This document shows, in pieces, positions 51,277 through 64,000 of a stretch of 64,000 bases of DNA. A program made the translations under genes and the position numbers. Each line of letters begins with the position of its first letter. The first letter of the stretch is position 1. This DNA is from Chrysomallon squamiferum (Eukaryota; Animalia; Mollusca): the NCBI GenBank assembly GCA_012295275.1, contig CM022665.1:27900001-27964000 (forward strand). The letters run 5' to 3'. The notes beneath the pieces are model-generated. The model was given only the letters and a program-made list of their open reading frames with translations. It searched no databases and had not been told where the DNA came from.

Positions 51277-54200
51277 AGTAAAATAATAAACTGGCTGGAG
51301 TAATTTTTAAGGAAATTTTAATTGAAATGTTTGTCGCAAATAAATAAATAAATAAATAAATAAATAAATACCGACACCTCAAAATCTATCTAAGGCCTGT
51401 TGAATTCTGTGAAATCAAAACATTTCTTCTATGATTATGTCGTGATATTTTAAATAAATGTGTACTCAGAAAAAGCAAACTAAATAACAAGCTAAATTAT
51501 AATTTGAAATGTAGCTTTTAGAAACCAAAACAACTTCGATTGACCCATGGCTAAGCAAATAACACCGCGTCAAACTGAACTACATTCATCTCCAATGCAG
51601 TGGAAGGAAACAACTAATTTCTGTCCATCGACAGACGTTGATATCGGAGGAAAGCGTAAAATTAGACACTGAACTCTATGCGGTTCAAATGTTTTCGTGA
51701 AATCGCTTTCAAAGGCAGTGTTTCAGATGACAAGTTTGAAAGACACGATTCACTACCGTGTTCTGTAATCACTCATAAACCATAATGCCACTTTTCACAT
51801 TTAGTGTAATTTGTAGATATTAATATACCATTGTTTTATTTATTTATTTATTTATATTTATTTATTTATTTATTTATTTTTTTTTTTTTTTTTTTTTTAG
51901 AAGTGTGAGTTGTAGTTTTAGGTTTTTTTTAATTTAGATCTTTTATTATTTTTTTTTTTATTGATAATTTTGTGTGTGTGTGTGTGTGTGTGTTTAACAC
52001 AACTGTATTGTGTAGTGTTGTTAACATATACATTACTGTACTGTTTATTAATGATGGTAAATACGTTACTATACACTTTAGTGTCTCTTTGGTTATGTTT
52101 CTGATTCGCTGACATTCCAGGCACTAATTCGGATAAATAAGATATTTACTGGGTCGTTCAACAATAGTAATACACAATGTAGAATGATGAAACTAAATAG
52201 AAAACCCTAATTTGTTTGTTTTTAATTTTGGGTCTAGTGCCCTACGATTATCTGCATCAGAAGTTTGTATATTAAATATACTGTATAATGTTCCAAAAAA
52301 ATAGTTATTTCAATTGTAAGTGCTGTCTGCAGTTACAGTGTGACGCTGGAAAGACATAAATTTCACAGCTAGCAGTAAATCTTGGTCCAGAAAATAATTT
52401 TGACTTTTATCTCAGTGATTCATATCCGTTTGATTAAAATATTTCATGAGGACATAACTCCTTTTTCTTTTCAGTTCAAAATACGTTCCTTTTTTTAACG
52501 ATACTGAAAACGAAGTTGAAATATCACTGTTCGATCAGCGGGGACGTAAAATATGTTTAAACTTCCCAATAATTTATTATCTCTTCCAAAAACCAATTCG
52601 AAATTATTGTTAGGGAAAAAAACCCACCATTAATCACAGTAAATAGCATCATCGTTTTGTGCTTAATTGACACGGTCCTATTAAACCCCTCGGAGAGATG
52701 ACTGGCAAATATATCATCCGTTTCGTCAACGTCTTGCACGATCATCACAGCCGATCTTTATACGTCCTGTTAGAGTCTATAGATCAGGGATTGGCTTCTC
52801 GGGCTGAAGGTCAGCTAGCAGACGTATTATTACATCCCAGAGATAAATTGTCAACGTCTTAGACACCAATCTCCAATTATAAATCAGTCCGTAGACATTT
52901 TATTAAACCCTTCTAACGATCAGACAAATGACAACAGCTTGCAGACCTGCTCATGGCGGTCGTACCTGAATAGATGTCAAAATTAATATCCACTCACATG
53001 TTAACTTACAATCAGAAGCTGTATATATACTATATATGATCGAACCTGAAATATAAGGGTTTTTTTTCCAGTTACCTTGATCATAATTATACTTTCAGTA
53101 TTCAGTATTTATTTTGATAGAGTTTATTATTTTCGATATACAAAGTATTTTTTGCTCTTGTTTTTCTTTTTCATCTTTATTTTTTTGGAGGGGGTTAATG
53201 GGGTTCTGCCTGGCATCTGTTAATACTATGAGCCATAGTTTGGCTGTTTTATGACTGCAGATCACACGATGTTTGTAAATACCAATAAATTATTCAGTCA
53301 TAAAATATCCGTCGTTTCTTCTGAAAATTAATTTCATTAATCATAATCTGACATGCATGTACTGATATCTTAGCATTGCCTTTGCATTTTTCTACACTGT
53401 TATTTATGGTAAAATTCTGGGCAATGTTTTCCTGGTTTATGTCTTCCTAAAACTACCGTAATTAGCACTAAGTCTGCCAATGTAACCTTTTTTCATTTTT
53501 TTTTTTTTCATCGTGAATATTGCGGACCAAATTGTTCTAATGTTTCTATTACGTTGTCAAGGGAAAATTCAGTTAAAAGTCAATGTAGGCGATGATGTGA
53601 CTTATCTAATTGTTATTATTACCGCTACTACTACTATTGTTGTTGTTGTCGTTATTGTTGTTTACAGCTTATAGATTTACAAAACAATAACGAACTGATC
53701 GTAAATAACTTTCCGAGCTCGTAACAACACAAATGTTTGTTATTATGTTCACGTAACTACTTGTATTTGTAATATCAATAATCAATAGCGATTTGCTTAC
53801 CTTTCTAACATGAAACTGATATAGCTGCTTGAAAAAAAACCCACACAAAAATGTTTACTCAAACAAATTAACAGTTATTTCTGCTAGAAGACCACACTAA
53901 GAGAGTATTACGTACAGTTTATTACCTGTTTCACATTGTTAGAGCTATTTTACGTCTGTGTTATGTAACTACTTTTTGCGATGTTTTCTTATTATTTTTG
54001 TTATGATGTGGATGTAATTTTATGCAGTGCCAGATCAGTCATGTAACAGTATTACAATTATTTGCCTGTTCATGAACTTGTTGTTGTCTGTGACGAGAAT
54101 AATGATGACTGTAAAGTTTATTGGCTGTTGTAGTCCTTATACTTATGATCCTTTTATTTATTTGTTGGTAGTTTGATTGAACGGCTGGTTAGTTAGTTAG

Positions 54201-57200
54201 TTAGTTAGTTAGTTGGCTGGCTGGATCGTTGGTTGGATGATGTGGATGGTTGGCTGCTTTGATGACTCGCTCATTTGGATGTTTGATTGGTTGGTTGGTT
54301 AGCTGACTGTCTAGATGGTCGTAGGTTTTGTTTTGTTGGGTTCGTGCATTCTGTGATCGTGGTATTTGTGAAATGTTTGTGATGGCAATAACTGCGATCA
54401 TAGTTGGGTGATCATAGCAATTTAAAAGAGTTATAGATGTTGTACATATTACCTGGTTGCGACAGTTAATAGCACTCTATTATAGTGTTGTGATGGTTGC
54501 TGTAACTGTGTGATAATGTTTTTAATGGTCGTAGGGCAATAGTTCTGAAAATTTACGCAGTTAAGGTTATTGTCCAGTCACATAATAAATCACTGGTTGT
54601 GTCATCCTTCTCTGTTTCCAGTGGGTGACAAGAGGAAGCAGACTGTATATTTGATTATCTAATTTGCAAGCAACAAAATACACTAGTGACTCCTTCTATT
54701 CTCTGAGACGAATATAACATCATGTATTGATTATTCAAGCCTACATTGTGTACATCTATCACCTTTCATATTGTTTTTGACACTAGCTGCCATTACCAAT
54801 TACAGTAATGATAAGTTTGTTTCCAACACAAGAAACAATTTGTTCAGAGAAAAAAAACAAGTCGAAAAAAAAAAATAGAGTCTTTTTTTGTTTTTTTTGG
54901 TTCAGACTAGATCCAAATAATATTTGGTTCCATTTGCAAGATTGGAAAGAAAACAGATGCCCCCAATAATCTGTCACTAGGGAAAGCAAGGGCAATTGCA
55001 GATCAGAAAATTCAATTTAATAACAACCAGGAAAGCATTATTATTATTAGATGTAGAAGTTTTATATATTTCTTTTCTTTAAAAATTACCTAGTCAACTG
55101 TTTTATGATTGAAACTATTTAGTTACTTCATTATAATTGCTTATGATGAAGATAAAATATTTAGTTTCTTTTGTATAGAAATTTGTTGACAATGAGGTTT
55201 TGTCATTAACTGGTTTATTTTTGTTCTTCTATCCTGTCATATCTGTTTTGTCTGGCCTTTCTTTTTTATTATTATTTCTTAATATTTAATTTAATTTTAT
55301 TTTATTTTATTATTGTTACTGTTCTTTTCTGTTATGTTTACTAGTTCATTCTTTTGTTCGTGATAATTTTTGTTTGTTTGCTTCCTGTTGTTATTGCTTA
55401 ATGGAGCTTTTTTGTTGTTGTTGTTTTTTTTCTTTCTTTTTTTCTTTTTTTTTGACGGGTTTTTTAACTCTACGATAATTTTTTTATTAATACAAGGTAA
55501 ACTTTTAGAGGTCAAACTTTACTCGGCTTTGCGGTCAGTGACAGGGTGATTATAATTACACAGTGACTACGTTGTGAAAAAAAAAAGTCATTTGTTTGTT
55601 TCTCTTCCTTCCCCTTCTCCTCCGTCATCTATCCCTCCTGCTCCTTGACTATTTCTTCTCCAGTCTCCTTTTTCCTCCTTGTTCGTCTTCTTGCTCTATT
55701 TTTTCTCGTCCATCGACTTCTTACAATTTTTTTTTTTTTTTTTTCTGCCGTTATAGTCTTATTTCTCATGACAAAATTTAATTTACAATGAACGCTGAAC
55801 TGTTGATTTTGTCGTTTCGTGTGTTATGACCAGCCCGTCGTCCTGGCGTTCTTAACCAACGACTGGCTAACTTGACCAATCAATGCAACAAGTGATGAAG
55901 AAGAAATAATTATCGACCTCACAACGACAGCGACTTTTAACGACTTCTTTTCTGACTGGATGTTGTCACCTACTGGTTAAATTACGCCTTCGTTTAATGC
56001 GCATTTTCTGAAAGATACGTAAACACACAGAATGTAGATTTCAGAAAAATATCTAATTCCCGAGGTCTGCAGAGCGTGAAATTTATTTTAACATTCTTAT
56101 TAAGATAAGTAGTTATTACTATTTTTTAACTTCTTATTCAAAACTACATTAACTATAGCCACAACAATAAAAACAAATACTGGTACTACTACAACCATTA
56201 CTACTGCTGCCATTGCTATTCACTAATATTACTAATTATAATAATTTAATATTAATATTGTTATTGTTGTTGTTATTATTATTATTATTATTAACAAAAA
56301 CAAATAACAAAATTTAGTAATAAAAACATTTCATTATTCAAAACATATGCAACCATCTTCGACAATATAAAAAATAATAATATTAATAAAAAAAAATATA
56401 TACCAGTGCTGTTTTAACGAGTTAAATTTGCCTTGAGTCCCAAACATACAAACACGAAACCGGTTAAATGATACTCATGCTTGGTATAAGCCTTAGAATA
56501 ACCTAAATAAATCTGTATTGAATTTAGCGCTCTCTCTCCTGTCAGACATGCTGGCAGTAAAATCAATAGGCAACAGGGACATATTTACGTCCACAGTCTC
56601 TTGCAAAATATTGATTGGTTCCTGGAAGATGCGAAACATAAAACAGAGTAAAGATGGTAAACTTTGGTACCTCCGGCGTCTTGAAAAAGCTATCATGGCG
56701 ACACAAGATTTTTTTTTTCTTTATATTTCTTTATACTTCCAGAAAAATACAACTTCAAAAGGTGTTTTTATTAAAAGCTGATAATAGTTATTGGTGTTAG
56801 AGAGCTTTTTTTCTTTTTTTTTCACACAAGAAAATAAATGATAAAGAGAAGTAGGTGTTTTAAGAAGAAAGAATAACTGCGACAAAGCTTTGTCGAGATT
56901 TAAAATGAATTAATAGATAATAATTTTCTCTTTGAAATTCACGATTGTAATATATGAACAAACAAGGAGATAAGTTTGACCTTTTCATAACAATACATTT
57001 GGCATCATTTCTACACCTGTTGTTTAATCAAGAAATTAAAAAGTAATAACAGAAAACGGGCATACAATTAAAACTGATAATATGGTGGCTAAAAACAAGT
57101 GATTACAACATAAAATCATTGAAAAGTAAGACGAAATCACTGTCAGAAATCAAGAAATCATATAGTTTTTTTTTTTTTTTTCACAATATGTTCTCAAACT

Positions 57201-57420
57201 TTTGGAAGGCTCTTTTCAGATAAATCTAAAACATACGTATATGTGAAAATAAAGCTTAGACTTAACTTACTATTTTCATTGCCTTAAGAATGTCTTCGTT
57301 TTCAGATATTTTTGCTTTTTACTGAATCTAGTTTTAACATTGTTTATCAACTGAATTACGTCATTTAAAATCTACTGTCGCTCTGAAATAATATGCAGGC
57401 ATCTGTAACTCTTTCTCTAT

Positions 57421-57456
<36 letters not shown>

Positions 57457-60400
57457 TTATTTATTTGTCTTGTTCCCCATTTATCTGTATGTGTGTATGT
57501 TTGTGTGTGTGTGTATATATATATTTTTTTTTTTTATACCGCCTTTCATACTATTTATAAAATATTAGTAAAAACAAAAATTTCTCCCGGTACTTACACT
57601 TTCTACGATCAGCATAATATAAATTTAAAAAGGCAAAAAAAAAAAAAAAAAAAAAAAAGGTAAAAAGTTAAAGTTACTTTTATTACCGAATCCTTGGGGT
57701 CTCCATAAAGGTTTCTCAAGTTTTGGACAAATGTTGCCAGGAGCGAACTCCCGACTAGCACAGAGCTCACATAAACATGACCAGTATTGTTTTCTAATGT
57801 CACAGATAGTTATCCTTCTACATATACAACCTGAAAGCTGCATTCCTTCGTTCCATACAACTAAAGGCTTAAAATAATTTTAAAACGAATTTTAATGAAT
57901 AAACAGTTTATTAGAGTAAACAATAAAAGCTATAAAATATATTGGAAAGAAGCAGGGTATACGTTTTTCATTTCCAACTCCTCTTGAACATCCAATATAG
58001 AGCTGACCACGAGAGAAGCATTTGTATTTATAAATTTCCAATATTTTCAAAAGACATAAATGTATAATATTTATATTCTGTTAGTTCTTAGGCAAAGGAA
58101 AAAATAAAAATAGGCTACTACTTTTTTTTTTTTTTTTTTTTTCCTAATTACATTTTCTGTCCAACGAAATGATTACGTGTTTGGTGGAAAATAGATTAAG
58201 AAGCGCACATCTGCAACATTATTCTTTTCATATGACGTGAACTTGTTAAACTGACATATTATACGAACTCATGGAAGCGGATTAGCTAAACACAGGCGGC
58301 TATGTTTGAGATGATGGAAGCTGCTGATGTGTACACCACAGACATGGATGTTGCCAACAAAGTGGTCATCACCGACATCATAGTCTCAATCACAGACCCA
58401 ACCATTGTCATATTCACTGCTGTTTAAGACTCTCTGTCAGTATTTTTTTATTATTATTATTATTATTATTATCATTTACTCTTTTTTATCGATTTTTATT
58501 AAAAACGTTTTCCTGTCGTACGAAATTAAATTAATAAAAACAAAGATTTTATCATGGCAACAGAACTAAAGCTAAAACAACATAATCAAGTTAAAGCAGC
58601 GGTACCACACAGACAGGAGAAAAGTGAGCTGGCGAAACTGCTTGTGTTACATTCGTTTGTGCGTGGCATAACGCTGGTATTAGCTGGCAGTCGTGCGCCT
58701 CTGTTATTTCCTCCTATTTCCGGCACGTTCACGATTTCATCAGCTCCTGCGGTGATGTGAATGCATTTCATTAGGATGTCGGCGTGCAGCATTGCTGCAA
58801 AACAGACTGAACGCGTACTCTGCGTTTAAAACATGCTAGAAGAACTGCTAAATAATTCCCTGCATGTTTTATATTACAATGCTGAATGTGTACTAACCGT
58901 TCACAAAGCTGTTTTAATTTTATGAAATAATTATGTATGATGTTTGCTCATTTAGATTTTTAATATACATGTATGGTAATCGTTTACCCCCTTTGCTGTT
59001 CCCGGCTGATTCTTCTTGGACTGCTGCATGAAAGGTTGAACGTGGAACTCGTTCAGAAGGAAGTGCTATCTTAGCAAACATTTTACGTTTTTCAAAGTCT
59101 CTGTTACGCTCTTTCCTCTGGGAAAGTGCACCTAAAAGATTTCCTGCTAAATAATCAGTAACAATACCTCATGCAAGTTTGAATAGGTGGAGATAACTAA
59201 CTGGACTAGCAAAAAAAAATGGTAGTAAATACTCGAGTACTTCAGGTCTTATATTTATCAGATACTGGGATTTTCCGTGAACTTAGCAACTGCTTAATTG
59301 TTAGATATACGTTATTGTGTAGGAAGCATTTCCAACTCATTTATTATATATTTTATGGTTTCCAGTGTCCTTACCTTAATCATTTTCAGTTAATCAAGAC
59401 TTTAAGTAGCTTCCTAAATCCATTAGACGTGTTACCTGCACTTGTATCATAGTACGTTTTACAAATTGTACTCGCAAACACAGTAAGCAGAACTTGTTTA
59501 TAACTGTGGTTAACATGTGGTTTTAACCTTTATCTCTGTCCCTTACGACTTGTTATTAAAAGGCAATATGTTCTATACTGTTTATAGGAAGGTGTATTGA
59601 AAAGATCCCTTGCTGCTAGTAGTAAAATAGAGCTGGTTTCCTACACAGATGCAAGAATTATTAAATCCAACAGTCACTGATTGAGAAATCAATAAATATG
59701 TTTTAATGGTATACTTAAAGAGCCAAATGTTTTACATATCTGAAAATTAAGAACACTCCAAAGTATATTTATTTATTTTGAATAAACACACACACACACA
59801 CACACAAACACAAGCTTAATCCGAAGTTATCTTTATTTTCTCTAAGATAATGTCCCGCTAGTAACATCCAGCACCAGTGTAACATGACTACCCAGGAAAC
59901 TGACACAAAAGGTTAACAAACTTAAAGAAAACGTATTAAGTTTAATGTATTGTTTTTAAAAATATATTTTGAAACAAAATTCGCAAAACTAAGGGCTGGA
60001 TTAGCCATTAATCATAATAAGCACGTGTTTAGGTTATCAAAGGAAAGTGGCACCACGGAAATGTTTCAAATATTCGCCCATTTTGACACTAAAGTCATCA
60101 CTGACAAATTGCAACATGGATGACTTTAATAATTTTTACAATTATTTCTTATTTGAACATTAATTTAATGAAATAAAACAGATGAAGAAACGCAACAATA
60201 TACTTCCAAGAAATAAAGTTTATGAGTAATAATTATATACTATTTGGGGAGCTCAGTACTTTTTAAACTGGATGTAGCTCAGTGACTATGTACATGGCTA
60301 AAGAATGAGTTTGTCGCAGGATCAATCCTGTTAAATGCGCCCATTTATCTATTTCGCGTTCCTATCAGAGGCAACTGGTTTGTTAAATACCATGGATACT

Positions 60401-61497
60401 TTTTCCTGTTTTTGGGAAGGTGCATGTAAAATGTCCTTTATTGCTACTCCAAAACAAAACAAAAAACTACGTAATTTCCTCATTATCTGCAAAATCTTTA
60501 ACCCTGTGTATGACACCATACACCAGAACTTTAAAATATTTTCAGTGCGCTGTTAAATTAAAACAATTCATTCTCCCTCCTTTTCCATTTTCTTCTCAAA
60601 ATGAGAGCAGGAATCTCGTTACACATTTGAATACTCGTCCATCTTTGGCATGTTTTGATCATATTTGTTATTACCAGCTATAAATATTAATAAGTCATTT
60701 AGCCGAAATTTCCACTCTGATATGCTTTGTTCCGTGCACTTTCTCTGGCCGTGTTGTCCAGTCTTTGCCTTCAAATGCTGCCGTGTCCAGATGATCGATC
60801 GCAACCTTCAGCTGTCTTCACATAACGTTATCGTTCCTTTGTTAGAAGCAAATGAGAAATGGTTTTCTTTTATTTACCAATAAATACGATACCAGCGCGA
60901 GTTCTTGTCTCCAGCTATCTCGGTAATTCTCTTTCGTGTTGCAGGGCATGATCTTGTACAGTAGTAGAATTATTGTTCATATGCTGACATCTTTGCAATA
61001 ACTTCAGATTTCAGTTTATTGTCCCTAGTGGAATTTTATTGCTGCATGGAGGATAATTTAATTTTGGAATGAGTACTAATGTGTTATTGTTTTAAATCTG
61101 AAAAAAAAAATATCGTTGGAAGTAATAACGATTATGAAACTTGAGTGTGCATCTTAATACAACGCCACAGGTATTAAAATGAATATTAAAATAAATTATT
61201 TTAATATGACCTGAATCAGTCTGAACGCTTACGTTTCATTTACCATTTATATAAACGAGACTGATAACGCTCGTTTTCTTTGCTGAAACAAAAACAAATA
61301 AAAATATTTAATAATTCACTTCATCACATTCTGATGTTATATGAACACGTATACGACATCCTATTCCATATTTTATCAGTTTAGCACTGTGACATTTCAG
61401 AACTAAATCCCCAAGGTTGTCTAGTCGCTGATATCAGTGCCATGAGGCATAAGTGTTGTTAAGAGCGTCTATTTATGTATTTTGACTTGTAAACAAC

Positions 61498-61561
<64 letters not shown>

Positions 61562-63021
61562 GATAGATGGATATAGATAGATATACAGATAGATAGACAC
61601 AAACACAGAGACATTTACATACATATAAAACGAAGGATAAATATTCTATTTTATTTTATTAAATTACCGACAACATTTAATACTTATTCCTCTCCTTCCC
61701 AACCAAAAAAATGCAGTAAAAAAAAAAAATAATAAATAAATAAATAAATAAATATTTTAAAGAAATAATAGAAAAATAATAAAGGAATAAAAAAAGAATT
61801 TAATTTAAAAACGATTAGTAACAATTTTTCCAAAAAGCCTTTTTTCCTCTGTATTATTTTTTCTCTCTCTTTCTCAGTTAATGTCCACCCACTCCATTCT
61901 CTGATGCGTTTGAACTTTGAGTTGTATAAAAGTTAAATTAAAAAGAACAAACACAAAGTTCTAGGACGAGATCGTCTATAGCGCGCAAGTAATTTATGTC
62001 CTTGGAGTGCGTTTTTCATTAACATGGCGTCACTGAAGTGGCTGTAAAAGTTAAACTAATTTTATCTTATTATTCGAAGCAGGCGACAATATTAGAAAGG
62101 AAAGTGTTTCATAAAATTCCTTATGTAATTATGAAACTTGTATTATAAAAAAAAAAAAAAAAAAAAAAATGTTTTTTTGGTTTATAGATGAAGATAAAAT
62201 GAGAAATATGGAAAGAAAAAAAAAAAAAAAAAAAAAAAAAAATGTTCCAAAAAAAAAAGAACGAAAATATACAAAGATAGAACGAAAAGAAAAAAAAAAA
62301 ATAAAGAAGACGTGAAGAAAAAAGTAACTAGCCATCATCAACATTCTCGTCTTTGTTTACAGAATTAAGTGATCTTCACGCGCCCTGTTCACACTAATGT
62401 CTTAAAGCGGTTTCACTAAAAACATTTTATCTAAATCACACGGAAAACAAACGTGTGAACCTTAAAACGAATTATCTAAATCGATTTGGGAAAATCGTTT
62501 GAAGATGTGGTGTAACAAAGACTAGGACAATGCTGCAGTAGGTGAAGATTACTGTCACTGGTAAAGAACAATATCACAGCAGACTGTCCTTCTCGTTGCA
62601 TTGAAAATATAAACCGTGGATTCGTTAATAACTCTTTATTAATCTAAAGTGATTTTCGAAGAAAACGTTGTCATGTACGGACGTTGTTATGGTTTGGAAA
62701 CTTGTAAAGCTCTTGTATGAATCCTGGTAATAATGGTACTAACAGACAAAGTTTCATTTCATCCACTGATTACTGAAATTCCGAAAATGACTGTTATTAG
62801 GTAACAGATTAAATTACTGCAGAGAACGATTCTAATCTGCGTCCGTAACATTCCTATTTTTACTGGCGCACTTTTTCTGTCTCAGTGGTTGTTTTATAGT
62901 GTTTTTGTGTTTTTTTATTTGTCTATTTGCGTGGGGGGGTTTTGGGGGAGAGATGTTATAGTTTGTTGATTTGTTGGATTTTGGGGTGAGAATTGTTGTT
63001 ATTCTTTTTCTTTTTTTTTTC

Positions 63022-63060
<39 letters not shown>

Positions 63061-63443
63061 CTGAAATTAATTTATCTTGAAACTAATAGACGGCAGAATG
63101 ATGATGCTTTCACTTTCCTGAAATCCGGATCTGAGATTTTCTAAAAGTTAAAAGCTTATTATTGACAGTTTGGAACACAGTCTTACAGCCGAAGTGACAT
63201 CTAGCACTTTACAGAGTTTGACAAATGACTGAATAATATTACATCGAAATGTCGCTTTCTCGTCCTCTGATAAATGCATGCTGACTCATACATACAACTG
63301 AAAACGAAAGAAAAATTTAACACTCACATATTACTGTTATTTAACACATGATTTCTGAATTTTAAAAATATTTGTATATTTCGACCTCATCTAAACCATC
63401 CCCTCGTATTTTTATCATCATCATCGTTACTATTCTTCTTCTT

Positions 63444-63503
<60 letters not shown>

Positions 63504-64000
63504 TTATATATGTTTTTGTATCTGCTGAACGATATGGGTTTTATAAAAAAAAAAAGGTTCTTCGTATTTTTTCATCTTGGAGAAGAGAGTAGTTGCTGAA
63601 GACCTGAATGCTGAAAACAGTATAAAAGTTTTAAAACCCCAGCAAAGAACGCTGATCAGCTAGTTATATGGAAATTAGCATTCATAACACGAATGTGTAA
63701 AACATTATTCCATGATTAATTCGGATCTAGTCTTCGTGCAAGAGAAAAACAGAGAACGAAACTGTAAATTAACACTTCGCAACGCTTCACTCAGCAACTT
63801 TTTTAGCGGAAAGATAACATTTAAGAAAATTACTTTTAATAAACATTTTTTTTACCTTATTTTCCTACCTTTTTTATTATTATTATTCTTTTTTTTACTT
63901 GCAGTAGAGAAGCAGAAAAATGTGTTCTTGGTTTCTGAATAGATTAAAAAATAGCAGTTTCTAAAAACGATCCTCGCATCTATATAAGCATTAATACTGG

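Noticed and set aside
35645-52105. Partial matches to conserved miRNAs (miR-100-like ~35646, miR-34-like ~43885, miR-9-like ~52086)
   Set aside because: Only 8-11 nt match, the remainder diverges and no supporting hairpin is visible.
6584-56424. Shared 16-mer tgctgttttaacggag at ~6584 and ~56408
   Set aside because: A single 16-nt match is compatible with chance in 64 kb of AT-rich DNA, and the flanks do not align.
58302-58792. Short ORFs at 58302-58427, 58554-58760 and 58586-58792
   Set aside because: No recognisable motif or splice context; the first looks like a decayed trinucleotide repeat.
60690-60960. Possible RTE-LINE 3' remnant on the minus strand (RQLKVAIDH..DW)
   Set aside because: Resemblance is too short and degenerate to support by eye.
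842-63942. Most ORF-track entries (poly-L/V/I, CVCV, THTH, YIHT proteins)
   Set aside because: They are translations of microsatellites or short chance ORFs in AT-rich DNA, many with non-ATG starts and no domain motifs.

Overview
Eukaryotic, very AT-rich, microsatellite-dense genomic DNA. It is invertebrate, and the repeat landscape and gene content suggest a mollusc such as an octopod cephalopod (inference only). The first 17 kb hold all the recognisable genes, on the + strand. (i) A head-to-tail array of at least four small secreted single-domain Kunitz/BPTI genes (453-649 partial; 2154-2671, missed by the ORF track; 3459-3936; 5266-6045). All carry a 7-9 residue, mostly acidic, hypervariable insertion in the reactive-site loop and lack a Lys/Arg P1 residue. 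(ii) About 0.8 kb downstream, a complete polypeptide N-acetylgalactosaminyltransferase of the GALNT7/pgant7 type (6875-16963; 12 exons giving about 601 aa, plus one uncertain extra exon). It has a GC-AG intron, a rewritten flexible loop and a lectin alpha-repeat lacking the sugar-binding residues. A pogo/Tigger-like transposon relic sits in a GALNT intron, and a near-identical copy of the Kunitz-4 5' leader exon lies just downstream of GALNT. The remaining ~47 kb has no convincing coding sequence. It contains microsatellites, a 38-bp minisatellite, local duplications, two hairpins and several CpG-richer promoter/enhancer-like islands, including a candidate TATA-less promoter/first exon at ~36.1 kb. 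Almost all ORF-track entries are microsatellite artefacts.
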